This document shows positions 17,794 through 27,131 of a DNA stretch of 64,000 nt, one piece after another. Origin of the DNA: an uncultured Actinomycetota bacterium (lineage in GTDB: Bacteria > Actinomycetota > Actinomycetes > Mycobacteriales > QHCD01). The position numbers were made by a program, and so were the translations under genes. The stretch's first letter is position 1. Each line of letters opens with the position of its first letter. Under the pieces are notes generated by a model. The model worked only from the letters and a program-made list of their open reading frames with translations. It ran no database searches and was not told where the DNA came from. The DNA lies in the NCBI GenBank assembly GCA_963828605.1, contig CAWHER010000001.1, positions 696,318 to 760,317 of the forward strand, in the 5' to 3' direction.

Positions 17794-19299
17794 CTAGCGG
17801 GTCTCCTGACCCTGGCGGCCCGTGCGCGTGACGAACTCCGCCAGGTCGGCGGACTGCTGCAGTCGGCTGGGCTCGTGGATGTACATCATGTGACCGGCGT
17901 CGTGGTAGCGGAATTCTATGTTGTCCCGCAGCCCGGCCGGGAGGGCGACATGGGCGACGGCATGCTCGGCGGCGAAGTACGGCGTCGCCCCGTCGTAGCG
18001 ACCACAGGCCACGTAGACGCGCAGATGCGGGTTGTGCCGGATCGCCTCGGACAGCTGGGCGGCCACGCTGACGTGCCGGCCCTCGAAGTCGCTGTAGCTC
18101 CACGGCTGCACCCGTCCGGTCAGCAGCTCGTAGGGCAGGTCGTTGTGGTAGTCGAGGTCGACGTTGACGTAGTGGTTGATCGCGGCGGAATAGGGCCCCC
18201 GGATCGCGACGTCGCTGGGATCGTGGGCGGCCTGCTCGCCAACGTCGTCGCTGTCCCAGCCGGTGAAGCGGCCGTCGAGCCGGCCGATTACCTGCCCACG
18301 GTCGCGCAGCAGCTCCCGGAAGAAGCGCTTGTGCTCGATCCGCAGGTCGGCGCGGTCGACATAGTCCGGCGAGAGCCCGGTGACACCGGCGATCCGGCCG
18401 ACCATCTCGGCCCGGTCCCCCGCCGACAGCCGGCTGCCGCGCGCCAGGGCGTAGGGATAGTCCCGGGCGGCGAGCTCCTCGGCCTCGGCGCGGACATCCT
18501 CCAGCGGCCGGTCGCCGAGCCGGCCGTGATAGTGGGCGAGGCACGCATACGTCGGCAGGAATAGCGCATGTACGACGTCGTTTCCCTCGGTGAAGCGGAT
18601 CGTGCCGAAGTCGAGCACCGACGAGATCAGCACGATCCCGTTGAGATAGAGCCCGTAGCGACGCTGCAGGTGCGCCGCGAGGGCGGCGGCCCGCACCGTG
18701 CCGTAGGACTCCCCCGCGACGAACTTCGGTGACAGCCAGCGCCGGTGGCGGGTGGTCCAGAGCCGGATGACCTCGCCCACGGCCTCGATGTCCCGCTGGA
18801 AGCCGTGGAACTCCGCCGGCTTGCCGCCCTCGGTGATGCGCGAGTAGCCGGTCGACACCGGGTCGATGAAGACCAGGTCCGAGTGGGCGAGCAGGCTCTC
18901 CCGGTTGTCGGTGACGCCGTACGGCGGTGGCAGCAGGTCGCCGGCGTCGCCCATGACTACCCGGCGCGGGCCGAGGAGCCCCAGGTGCAGCCAGACGCTC
19001 GACGACCCGGGCCCGCCGTTGAAGGCGAAGGTGACGGGCCGGTCGGGTCCGGCGTCGTCCCGGCAGTAGGACACGACGAAGAGCTCGGCCTTGGCCTGAT
19101 GGCCGTCGAACGCCCCGTCGGTGTGCACCTCCTCGCGGAGCACCACCCGGCCCGTGGTGGCGGTGTAGCTGATCTCGCCGTCGGCGGTGCGCAGCGTGTG
19201 GTGGGTCGAGACGGTGTCGTCGACGGGCTGCCGCCGGTCGGATCGCGGCCGTTCGGGATGGTCGTTGTCGCCGCGGTCGGCGCCGTCCGGCTGGGTCAC
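17794..19299 (-). CDS. S10-family serine carboxypeptidase-like peptidase
   Basis: It contains FAFNGGPGSSSVWLHLG and the nucleophile motif FVAGESYGT. Confidence 0.75.
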   Translation of the reverse strand: MTQPDGADRGDNDHPERPRSDRRQPVDDTVSTHHTLRTADGEISYTATTGRVVLREEVHTDGAFDGHQAKAELFVVSYCRDDAGPDRPVTFAFNGGPGSSSVWLHLGLLGPRRVVMGDAGDLLPPPYGVTDNRESLLAHSDLVFIDPVSTGYSRITEGGKPAEFHGFQRDIEAVGEVIRLWTTRHRRWLSPKFVAGESYGTVRAAALAAHLQRRYGLYLNGIVLISSVLDFGTIRFTEGNDVVHALFLPTYACLAHYHGRLGDRPLEDVRAEAEELAARDYPYALARGSRLSAGDRAEMVGRIAGVTGLSPDYVDRADLRIEHKRFFRELLRDRGQVIGRLDGRFTGWDSDDVGEQAAHDPSDVAIRGPYSAAINHYVNVDLDYHNDLPYELLTGRVQPWSYSDFEGRHVSVAAQLSEAIRHNPHLRVYVACGRYDGATPYFAAEHAVAHVALPAGLRDNIEFRYHDAGHMMYIHEPSRLQQSADLAEFVTRTGRQGQETR

Positions 19300-19334
19300 G
19301 GGTGGGTCGTCTCCTGGTTGCTGGTCGGGCCGGG

Positions 19335-20564
19335 TCAGATCCGGCGGGTGTGGAACCGGCCGCCGACCACGATCGCGTGCAGCCGGTCGCGGTCCTGGAG
19401 CACCGAGATGTCGGTGAGCGGATCGCCATCCACGACGAGGATATCGGCCCGCTTCCCGGGCTCGATCGTGCCGACCTCCTCGGCGATCCCGATCAGTTCG
19501 GCGTTGGTCCGCGTCGTCGCGATGAGGGTCTCGTGGGCACCGAGGACCTTCGCCTTGATCGCGAGCTCGCGGGTCTTGTGCCGGGCGAGCGGGCCGAGCA
19601 GGTCCGATCCCGAGCCGATACGCACGCCGGCGTCCCGGGCCCGCTGCAGGCTGTCGAGCCCCTCACCGAGCACCCGGTCGAGCTTGTCCAGCTTGTCCTG
19701 GGCGAAGCCGTGCTGGCGTCCCTCCTCGTGCAGCTTCTCGTAGGCGACGAAGGTCGGGACGAGGTAGGTGCCCCGAGCCGCCATGAGCCCGGCGGTCGCC
19801 GGGTCGAGGAAGTTGCCGTGCTCGATCGACCGCACCCCGGCCTCGACGGCGTTGCGGATCGCGGTCGGGGTGTAGGCGTGGGCAAGTACGTAGGCTCCCG
19901 CGCCCTCGGCCGCGGTGACGGCCGCGCGCAGCTCCGGCACGGTGTACTGGATCGACTCGAGGCTGTCGGTCGGCGACGCGACGCCGCCGCCGGCCATCAC
20001 CTTGATCGCGTCGGCGCCGCGCCGCAGCTCCTCCCGCGCGGCCCGCAGCACCTCGTCCGGGCCGTCGGCGATGTGGTGCACCATGCCGATGTGGGCGCCA
20101 CAGCCGCACCCCTCGTCGTCCTGCGCCCGGGTGCGGCCGTCGCCGTGGCCACCGGTCTGGGAGAGCGGGCGGCCGCTGACGAACATCCTGGGGCCGGCGA
20201 GCAGGCCGCGTGCGACGGCCTCCTTCATCCCCCAGTCGGCGCCGCCGGCGTCCCGCACCGTGGTGTAGCCCTGGTCCAGGGTCTGCTCGATGACCCGGCC
20301 GATCGCGAACGCCAGCAGACTGGTCGGATAGTCCCTTCCCTGCCGGGGTATCTCGACATCGAGCGACGCGACGTGCACATGGGCATCGATCAGGCCCGGC
20401 ATCAGCGTGCGCCCGTGGCAGTCGATCCGCTCGCCGGTGACCGTTGCGGGACGGCCGGCGCCGACCTCCCGGATGACACCGTCCTCGACGGCGACGAATC
20501 CGTCGACCGGCTCCGCGCCCGTGCACGGGATGATGGACGCGTCGGCGAAGACGGTGACGCTCAC
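19335..20564 (-). CDS. metal-dependent amidohydrolase (dipeptidase / imidazolonepropionase-like superfamily)
   Basis: It contains MPGLIDAHVHV (the HxH motif), HAYT and IEHGNF. Confidence 0.8.
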   Translation of the reverse strand: MSVTVFADASIIPCTGAEPVDGFVAVEDGVIREVGAGRPATVTGERIDCHGRTLMPGLIDAHVHVASLDVEIPRQGRDYPTSLLAFAIGRVIEQTLDQGYTTVRDAGGADWGMKEAVARGLLAGPRMFVSGRPLSQTGGHGDGRTRAQDDEGCGCGAHIGMVHHIADGPDEVLRAAREELRRGADAIKVMAGGGVASPTDSLESIQYTVPELRAAVTAAEGAGAYVLAHAYTPTAIRNAVEAGVRSIEHGNFLDPATAGLMAARGTYLVPTFVAYEKLHEEGRQHGFAQDKLDKLDRVLGEGLDSLQRARDAGVRIGSGSDLLGPLARHKTRELAIKAKVLGAHETLIATTRTNAELIGIAEEVGTIEPGKRADILVVDGDPLTDISVLQDRDRLHAIVVGGRFHTRRI

Positions 20565-20585
20565 GTCTGCTCCCTGCTCGGTGGA

Positions 20586-21524
20586 TCAGCGACGGCGCAG
20601 CCGGGCGTCGAACGAGTCGCGCAGGCCGTCGCCGATGAAGTTGAACGCGATGACCACCAGCACTATCGCCACCCCGGGCGGGTAGATCAACCACCAGTAG
20701 CCGTCGTAGGAGTATTGGACACCATCGGTGAGCATGGCGCCCCAGTTGGTGTCCGGCGGCGGCAGGCCGAGCCCGAGGAAGCTGAGGCAGGCGACGTAGA
20801 GGATCGCGTCGGCGACCTGGAAGCTCGCGTTGACCACGATCGTGCCGAGGGTGTTGGGCACGATGTGCCGGGTCACGATGCGCCAGCGCCCGCCGCCCAT
20901 CAGCCGGACGGCCTGGACGTACTCCCGGCTCCGCAGGGTGAGCGCCTCGCCGCGCACCAGCCGGGCCGGGACCAGCCAGGACGATCAGTCCGATCAGCAC
21001 GACCAGCAGCGGCACGTCGGGGTCGCAAGATCGCCGCGACCACGAGCAGCAGGAACAGCGCCGGGATCGACAGCATCGCGTCGACCACCCGCATCATGAC
21101 GGCGTCGACGACGCCGCCGAAGTAGCCGGCCACCGCGCCCCACAGGCTGCCGATCACCGTGGCGAGCAGGCCGCGCGCCGAGCCCGATCTCCAGGGACGT
21201 GCGGCCGCCGGCCATCAGCCGGCCGAGCTGGTCATAGCCGACCTGGTCGGTGCCGAGCGGGTGCCCGCCGTGCCCGGCCGCAGGTTGACCGCCGAGAGGT
21301 TCGTGTGCACCTGGTCGGTGTGGTAGACGAGCGGGCCGAGGAAGCTGAAGAACGCAAGCAGCACCACGATCGCCAGACCGGTGACGGCGAGCTTGTCGTC
21401 GAGGAAGGTCGCGACCAGAAGCCGGGCGTTGCTCGTCGGCTTGCCCTGGCGCCACCGCCCCGGCGGCGGGCGGGGCGGGGCCGCGGGACGGCGTCCCGCT
21501 GATCGCCGAGCTTCCGGTGCTCAT
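20586..21524 (-). pseudogene. peptide ABC transporter permease (DppC/OppC-like) disrupted by about five frameshifts
   Basis: Recognisable pieces sit in alternating frames. The ATG at 21524 forms an ATGA overlap with the dppB-like stop. The pieces are RWRQGKPTSNARLLVATFLDDKLAVTGLAIVVLLAFFSFLGPLVYHTDQVHTNLSAVNLRPGTAG, HPLGTDQVGYDQLGRLMAGGRTSLEIGLGA, LATVIGSLWGAVAGYFGGVVDAVMMRVVDAMLSIPALFLLLVVAAILRP, DVPLLVVLIGLIVL and RGEALTLRSREYVQAVRLMGGGRWRIVTRHIVPNTLG...DSFDARLRRR. The frame changes fall near 21470, 21260, 21175, 20995 and 20960. Confidence 0.8.
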
Positions 21525-22474
21525 GCCGGCACGTACCTCACCCGCGGGTCGAGGACCGCGTAGATCAGGTCGACGACGAGGGACGCCGCCACCGTCGCGA
21601 GCGCGACGATGAGCGCGACCGCGAGCAGGATCGGGTAGTCGCGGGTCTGCGCGGCGTTCCAGAAGAGCAGGCCCATGCCCGGGTAGTTGAACATCGCCTC
21701 GGTCACCAGGGAGCCGCCGAAGAGATACGGCACGTAGAGGCCGAGCAGCGTGACCACCGGGACGAGTGCGTTGGGCGCGACATGCCTGGCCAGCACCCGC
21801 GGCTCGTGTGCGCCCTTCGCCCGCGCCGTGCGCACGTAGTCCTCGCCGAGGTTGTCCAGGGTCGCCGAGCGCGCGTAGCGGCTGAACGCCGCGATCGTGA
21901 TCAGCGACAGGGTGGCGACCGGCAGGACGAGGGCGTTGCCCTGCGACAGCACGGCAGCCACCGAGTTGCCCTGCGGGGCCTCGGAGGGGAACCAGTGCAG
22001 GGTCTGTGCGAAGACGATGATCAGGATGAGGCCGAGGAAGAAGATCGGCATCGCGTAGAGCACGAACGCCAGCCCGGTGACGACGTAGTCCGTGGGCCGG
22101 TTGCGGCGGGTCGCCTGCAGCATGCCCAGCGGTACGGCGACGGCCAGCGCGACCACCGTGGCGAGCACGGTCAGGAGCAGTGTCTTGGGCAGCCGCTGGG
22201 CCAGCAGCGACGTGACGCTCTGGTTGAGCTTGAACGAGTACCCGAGGTTGCCGTGCAGCAGGCGCACCAGGTAGTGGCCGTACTGCACGACGATCGACTG
22301 GTCGTAGCCCTGCTCGTGGTTGAACGCCGTGACTTGGGCGGGTGTCGCCTGCTGCCCGAGGATCGCGCGGGCCGGCCCGCCGGGAAGCAGCCGCAGGAGG
22401 ATGAAGACGATCACGGTGACCAGCAGGACCACCGCGATCGCCTGCAGGATGCGCCGGAGCAGGTACGTCGTCAT
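21521..22474 (-). CDS. peptide ABC transporter permease (DppB/OppB-like), intact
   Basis: MTTYLLRRILQAIAVVLLVTVIVFILLRLLPGGPARAILG is a typical DppB N-terminus, and the EAA loop is EDYVRTARAKGAHEPRVLARHVAPNAL. Confidence 0.88.
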   Translation of the reverse strand: MTTYLLRRILQAIAVVLLVTVIVFILLRLLPGGPARAILGQQATPAQVTAFNHEQGYDQSIVVQYGHYLVRLLHGNLGYSFKLNQSVTSLLAQRLPKTLLLTVLATVVALAVAVPLGMLQATRRNRPTDYVVTGLAFVLYAMPIFFLGLILIIVFAQTLHWFPSEAPQGNSVAAVLSQGNALVLPVATLSLITIAAFSRYARSATLDNLGEDYVRTARAKGAHEPRVLARHVAPNALVPVVTLLGLYVPYLFGGSLVTEAMFNYPGMGLLFWNAAQTRDYPILLAVALIVALATVAASLVVDLIYAVLDPRVRYVPA

Positions 22475-23386
22475 GACGGCCGGTCCGCGGTCCCCCGCGG
22501 CCGGGACCTGTCGAGCAGGGTCAGGACGCGGTCCCGCCGGTCATCCGCGGCGAGGGCCGGTTCGCGCAGCAGGTAGTCCTCGAGCCGGTCGTTGTGGCTG
22601 CGGGCCCGCGCCAGGTAGGTGGTGGCAAGTTCGTCGAGGCCGCGCATTCGCCGCGGTGATCGCGGTCCATACCGTCAGCAGCGGGTCGGTGGGCACCGCG
22701 GCGGCGGCCGCCGCGAGACGTTCGGCCGCCTCGGGTGTCCACTCCTGGTCGCCCTCGTCCGAGAGCGCGCGGTGCAGTTCGTCGTGCGCCGCCCGGATCC
22801 GCACCAGGCGGGCGATCTCGGCGACCGGCGCGGCCGAATCGTCGACCCTGAGGTCGACCTCCAGGGTCTCGTCCTGTGGATCGGCGGAGATGAGGATCGC
22901 CGCGGACTGCCGGCCCCGCACGTCTCCCCCGGCGTCCTCCGCGGCACCCAGGGCCGCGACCAGCCGGTCCTCGAAGCTGCCCGCCGCGCCCGCGTAGGCG
23001 TCGAGCATGTCGTGCCACACCTGCGACCGGGTGAGCAGGTTCCCGGCAGCCACGGCACCGTCGCCGGTCACGTGTCCGGCGGCGGTGATGCAGGAATCCC
23101 CCGTATGGGCGGCGACCCCGCCCGCGGCGTCGACGACCGCCACCTGACCGCTCTCCCCGCCCGGCAGCGCGGCGATGCCGGCGACGACGTCCCCGGCCGC
23201 CATCCCCCTTGCCAGCAGGGCGGTCGCCGGGCGGCGGTACCACGAGGCGTACCCGGCCTGGACGGCGACGGCGCCGTGCGCGCCGGCGAGTGCGGGCACT
23301 CGGGTGCCGACCGCGAAGACGCAGCTCTGCACGGCGACGCCGAACCGGCCGGTCGCCGGGTCGACGGCGGTGATGGAGTAGGTCAC
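22471..23386 (-). CDS. DUF1028-family (Ntn-hydrolase-like) protein with an apparent frameshift near 22645-22680
   Basis: The N-terminus (V)TYSITAVDPATGRFGVAVQSCVFAVGTRVP...GAVAVQA matches what I recall of DUF1028. The tail of the 281-aa ORF is Arg/Pro junk. Another frame reads (M)RGLDELATTYLARARSHNDRLEDYLLREPALAADDRRDRVLTLLD and ends in an ATGA overlap with the dppB-like start at 22471-22474. Confidence 0.65.
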
Positions 23387-25100
23387 GACGGCATCCGGCG
23401 GTCGATCCAGTCCGTCATGACGGTGTCCAGCACCGACAGCGGAAGCGAGCCGTGACCGATCAGTTCGCTGTGGAAGTCCCGGAGCGCGAACCGGTCGCCG
23501 AGCCGCTTCTCGGCCTCGTCCCGGATCCGGTGATCTCCAGCCGGCCCATCATGTAGCCGAGCGCCTGGCCGGGCCAGCCGATGTAGCGGTCGATCTCGTT
23601 CTCGATGTTCTTCGGGGTGAGCGCGCTGTGGTCGACCATGTAGCGGACCGCCCGGTCGCGGGACCAGCCCATGGCGTGCATGCCCGAGTCGACGACGAGC
23701 CGGCAGGCACGCCAGAAGTCGAACGAGATCATGCCGAGCCGGTAGATGTCACCGGAGTAGAGGCCCATCTCGTCGCCGAGTCGTTCGCAGTAGAGCGCCC
23801 ATCCTTCGCTGAACGCGGTCACGTGGGCGTGCCGGCGGAAGTCCGAGAGCCCGGGCAGCTCAGCGGCCAGCGCCAGCTGGGTGTGGTGTCCCGGCACCGA
23901 CTCGTGGAAGGCGAGGGTCTGGGACTCGAACCGGGGCCGGGTCGTCGGCCGGTAGGTGTTGATCCAGTAGGTGCCGGGGCGGGAGCCGTCGCGGGTGGGC
24001 CACTGGTAGTGCCCGAGGTCACCGTTCTCCACCTCGTACGGCGTCATCGGGAGCACGACGCACTCCGCCCGGGGCAACCGCCCGAGCCACTGCGGAAGCG
24101 CCTGCTGTGCCCGCTGCAGGCCGTCCCGCGCCGCCTCGGCGACCTCGTCGGGGGTGCGGAAGTAGAGCTCGGGGTCGCTCCGCAGCCGTTCGATGATCCG
24201 CGCGAAGTCAGCCGTGCCGAACACCCGCTCGCCGAGGATCCGCATCTCGTCGGTGAGGCGCTGCACCAGCTCGATGCCGGTGCGGTGGATCTCCTCGACC
24301 GTCCGATCGGTCGTCGTGTGCTCGGCCGCGAGCTGCGCGTAGAGCCCGGCCCCGTCGGGGAGATGCGCCAGGCCGACCTCGCTGTCCGGGCGGGCACCGG
24401 GCGCCACGACGTCGGCGAGCTCGTTGCGGTACGCGGCCATGGCCGGCCGGACGTCGTCGCGGACCACCCGCGCGAGCCCGTCCCGCCATCCCGGGTCCGC
24501 GCCGTCGGGCGGCTCCTCGATCGCCAGCAGCGGATCCTTCGCCAGCGGCGCATCGAGGTAGGCGTCGAGCTGCTCGATGGACCGTTCGACGAGCCGCCGG
24601 ACGGGTGTGCGCCGCCGGGCGCGGCCCTCGCGCAGCTGCGCGGTGGCCTGCTCGAGCAGGCCGGGCACCTTCAGGCAGCGCTGGACGTATCGGTCCGCGT
24701 CGGCCGCGCCGGAGAGCGCCGCCTTCGGGAAGGCGATGATCACCGACGCCCCGACGCCGGTCTGCGGGATCGGGGTGACGGTGAAGTCGGAGGCACCGAC
24801 CGTCAGGGCGAGCTGGGCGTCGTCGATCTTGCGGAGCAGGACCTCGTGGGTGATGCGCCGCTCCCGGTCGAGCCCGGCCGGATCGATCTGGTGCACCCGG
24901 TCGGCGAGATGCTGCAGTTCGCCCCCGCGATCGACGCGCGCCTCCGTACTGAGATCGGGGACATCGGCGATGAGCTCCGGGTACCCGCGCATGCTGGCGT
25001 AGACCGGGTTCCAGCGCAGGTCCTGGCCGAACATCTCGTCCGCGGCCGCGTCCAGCAGCCGCCCCGCCTCGCCGTCGGTGGCGCTGGTGCTCTCATCCAT
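23383..25100 (-). CDS. DUF885-family protein (metallopeptidase-like) with an apparent 1-nt frameshift near 23530
   Basis: It contains AFHESVPGHHTQL. After GYMMGRLEI the listed frame turns into junk. The adjacent frame reads RIRDEAEKRLGDRFALRDFHSELIGHGSLPLSVLDTVMTDWIDRRMPS and ends in a GTGA overlap with the DUF1028 start (23383-23386). Confidence 0.7.
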
Positions 25101-25148
25101 GACGCTGCAATGCCTCCTGGAGGTGGATTCGTGGCCGTCGTCAGGACC

Positions 25149-26975
25149 TCAGCCCTGCCAGTGCCATTCCTCCGGCGTGATGCCGATGTAGGGGTTCTGC
25201 GCGTCCGCGCCCTTGAGCGAGTCGCGGATCATCGACAGCTGGTAGGTCAGGTTGGGGACCCAGATGACCGGGACCTGCTTGACGAGGTACTGCTCGTACG
25301 CCCGGAGCGCCGCCGGTCCGCCGGTCTGCGTCGCGGCGATGAGCCGGTCGGCCTGCGGGTCGGCGTAATGGCCGGCGTTGGACGCCCCGCCAGAGGCGAA
25401 CAGCTGTTCCCCGGTCGGATAGGGCAGCAGGTTGGATCCGCCGCCCCAGTCGGCCATCTGCCACGGGCAGCTCGCGGCCTTGCTCCTGGTGCAGCTCGCG
25501 AACGCGTCCGAGATGACCTGGGTGAACGGCTGCGGGCGTACCTGCAGGTCGATCCCCGCCGACTGCGAGAACTGCGACTTCAGGGCCTGCATCTCGAGGT
25601 TGACCGGATGGTTCCCGCTGTTCACCAGGAGGGCGAAGGACAACTTCGTCCCGGCAGGGATGTCTGCACCGCACTGCGTCGGGCCCGATCCCGGCCGGGC
25701 GCAGGTGCTCACTCCCCCGGGCTGCACGTGCCATCCGTGCCGACGGAGTAGGGCGACCCCGGCGCTCGGGTTGAACGGGTTGGGGTTGGTGCGGACGGTG
25801 ACGAACGGGTTCGCCGGATCGAGCGCGATCGGGCCGTAGTTCTGCGCGCCCTGGCCCTGGAAGATCTGCTTGATGATCTGCTGCTGGTTGACCAGTGCCT
25901 CCATGGCCTGCCGGACGTAGAGCTGGCGGAACAGCGGCCCGGTCGTCGCGTTGTTGTAGTTGATCGCGATGTAGTTGACCGTCCACAGATTCCAGGCGGA
26001 GAAGTGGTAGCTCTGCGATGCGACCCGGGCCTTCTGCTTAAGGTCGCTGAACGGGAGGTAGCCGTAGTCGACGCTACCGGCGAGCAGGCTGTTGAACTCC
26101 GCGTCGTCGGTCGCGAAGGGCACCTCCTCGAACTGCTTGACCGACGCCTTCTTCGGGCCGCGGTAGCCGGCGTTGGGGACGAAGGTGATGTGACCGTCGG
26201 TGTCGTAATTGGACAGCTTCCACGGGCCGTCGACAGTCTTCCAGAGCGGATCCTTGTCGTACGCCGCCAGCTTCTTCGACTTGTCGATGAGGTAGGCGAG
26301 GACCTTCTTGGCACCGGCACTGGTGCGATCGAGGTTGCCCACCGTCCCGCCGTCGCTGGACTTGTCCCAGGTGTGTTGCGGCATCGGGGTGATCAGTGAC
26401 AGCTGGTTGGCCGTGAACCACTGGGGTGACGTGGGCTTCTTCAGCGTCAGGCGGAATGTCTTGTCGTCGACGACGGTGAACTTCGACACGCTGTCGGGGA
26501 TGTTGCCCGCGACGTAGTTGGACCACTGGTCCGTGTCGAACTTGATGAGGTTGTACCAGAACTCCACGTCGCGCGCGGTGACGAGCTTCCCGTCCGACCA
26601 TGCGTAGTTGCGCAGCCGCACGGTGACCGTGCGATTGCGGTCGCCGTAGGTCGGTTCGTCGGCCAGGCTCAGCGACTGGTCGATCGGCGGTGTCGATCCC
26701 TTGCCCTGCCAGTAGAGCGGACGCCACATCAGGTAGGAGAACTGCTCCGTGTTGGGCGATCCCGTGTGGCCCGGGTCGGTGATCGGCAGGATCCAGTTGG
26801 GGACGGAACCGGGGAACTCCGCGAAGCGGATTACGCTCTTGTCCGTCGAGGAGGATGAGCCCCCACAGGCGGCGACGCCCATCACCAGGACGACCGCCGT
26901 CACCGCGACGCTGATGCGCTGGACTGTCCGACGTACGGAATTCTCGGTCAACGCTGTCCTCCCGGCCCGGCACAT
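25149..26975 (-). CDS. family-5 (peptide/nickel/opine) ABC transporter substrate-binding lipoprotein
   Basis: The signal/lipobox is RISVAVTAVVLVMGVAACGGSSSS, and the roughly 580-aa mature part looks like DppA/OppA. The start is set at ATG 26973-26975; the upstream part of the ORF is non-coding-like. Confidence 0.85.
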   Translation of the reverse strand: MCRAGRTALTENSVRRTVQRISVAVTAVVLVMGVAACGGSSSSTDKSVIRFAEFPGSVPNWILPITDPGHTGSPNTEQFSYLMWRPLYWQGKGSTPPIDQSLSLADEPTYGDRNRTVTVRLRNYAWSDGKLVTARDVEFWYNLIKFDTDQWSNYVAGNIPDSVSKFTVVDDKTFRLTLKKPTSPQWFTANQLSLITPMPQHTWDKSSDGGTVGNLDRTSAGAKKVLAYLIDKSKKLAAYDKDPLWKTVDGPWKLSNYDTDGHITFVPNAGYRGPKKASVKQFEEVPFATDDAEFNSLLAGSVDYGYLPFSDLKQKARVASQSYHFSAWNLWTVNYIAINYNNATTGPLFRQLYVRQAMEALVNQQQIIKQIFQGQGAQNYGPIALDPANPFVTVRTNPNPFNPSAGVALLRRHGWHVQPGGVSTCARPGSGPTQCGADIPAGTKLSFALLVNSGNHPVNLEMQALKSQFSQSAGIDLQVRPQPFTQVISDAFASCTRSKAASCPWQMADWGGGSNLLPYPTGEQLFASGGASNAGHYADPQADRLIAATQTGGPAALRAYEQYLVKQVPVIWVPNLTYQLSMIRDSLKGADAQNPYIGITPEEWHWQG

Positions 26976-27131
26976 CGCTCCCGCAGATGACGCAACGACG
27001 CTAGACGAGGAGCGGGTCCGGGCGTATCCACACGTGTCGAAGAGATCGCCCACCGATTCCGACAGTCGTCGCAGGCGACGGCGGCTAGTTTCGCCGCATT
27101 GTCGGCTGGTTTCCTGCCTGCTGAAGGACTC

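Noticed and set aside
16820-19429. An 869-aa ORF spanning the dehydrogenase and the carboxypeptidase region.
   Set aside because: It is a read-through of an alternative frame. The real genes are 16820-17782 (starting MSMIEARPP) and 17794-19299, which lies in a different frame.
22471-22647. An independent 58-codon small ORF (MRGLDELATTYLARARSHNDRLEDYLL...) between the DUF1028 gene and the dppB-like gene.
   Set aside because: It is more simply explained as the frameshifted C-terminus of the DUF1028 gene. The listed tail of that gene is junk, and the alternative frame is open for only about 10 codons upstream of this ATG. A real small gene cannot be excluded without resequencing.
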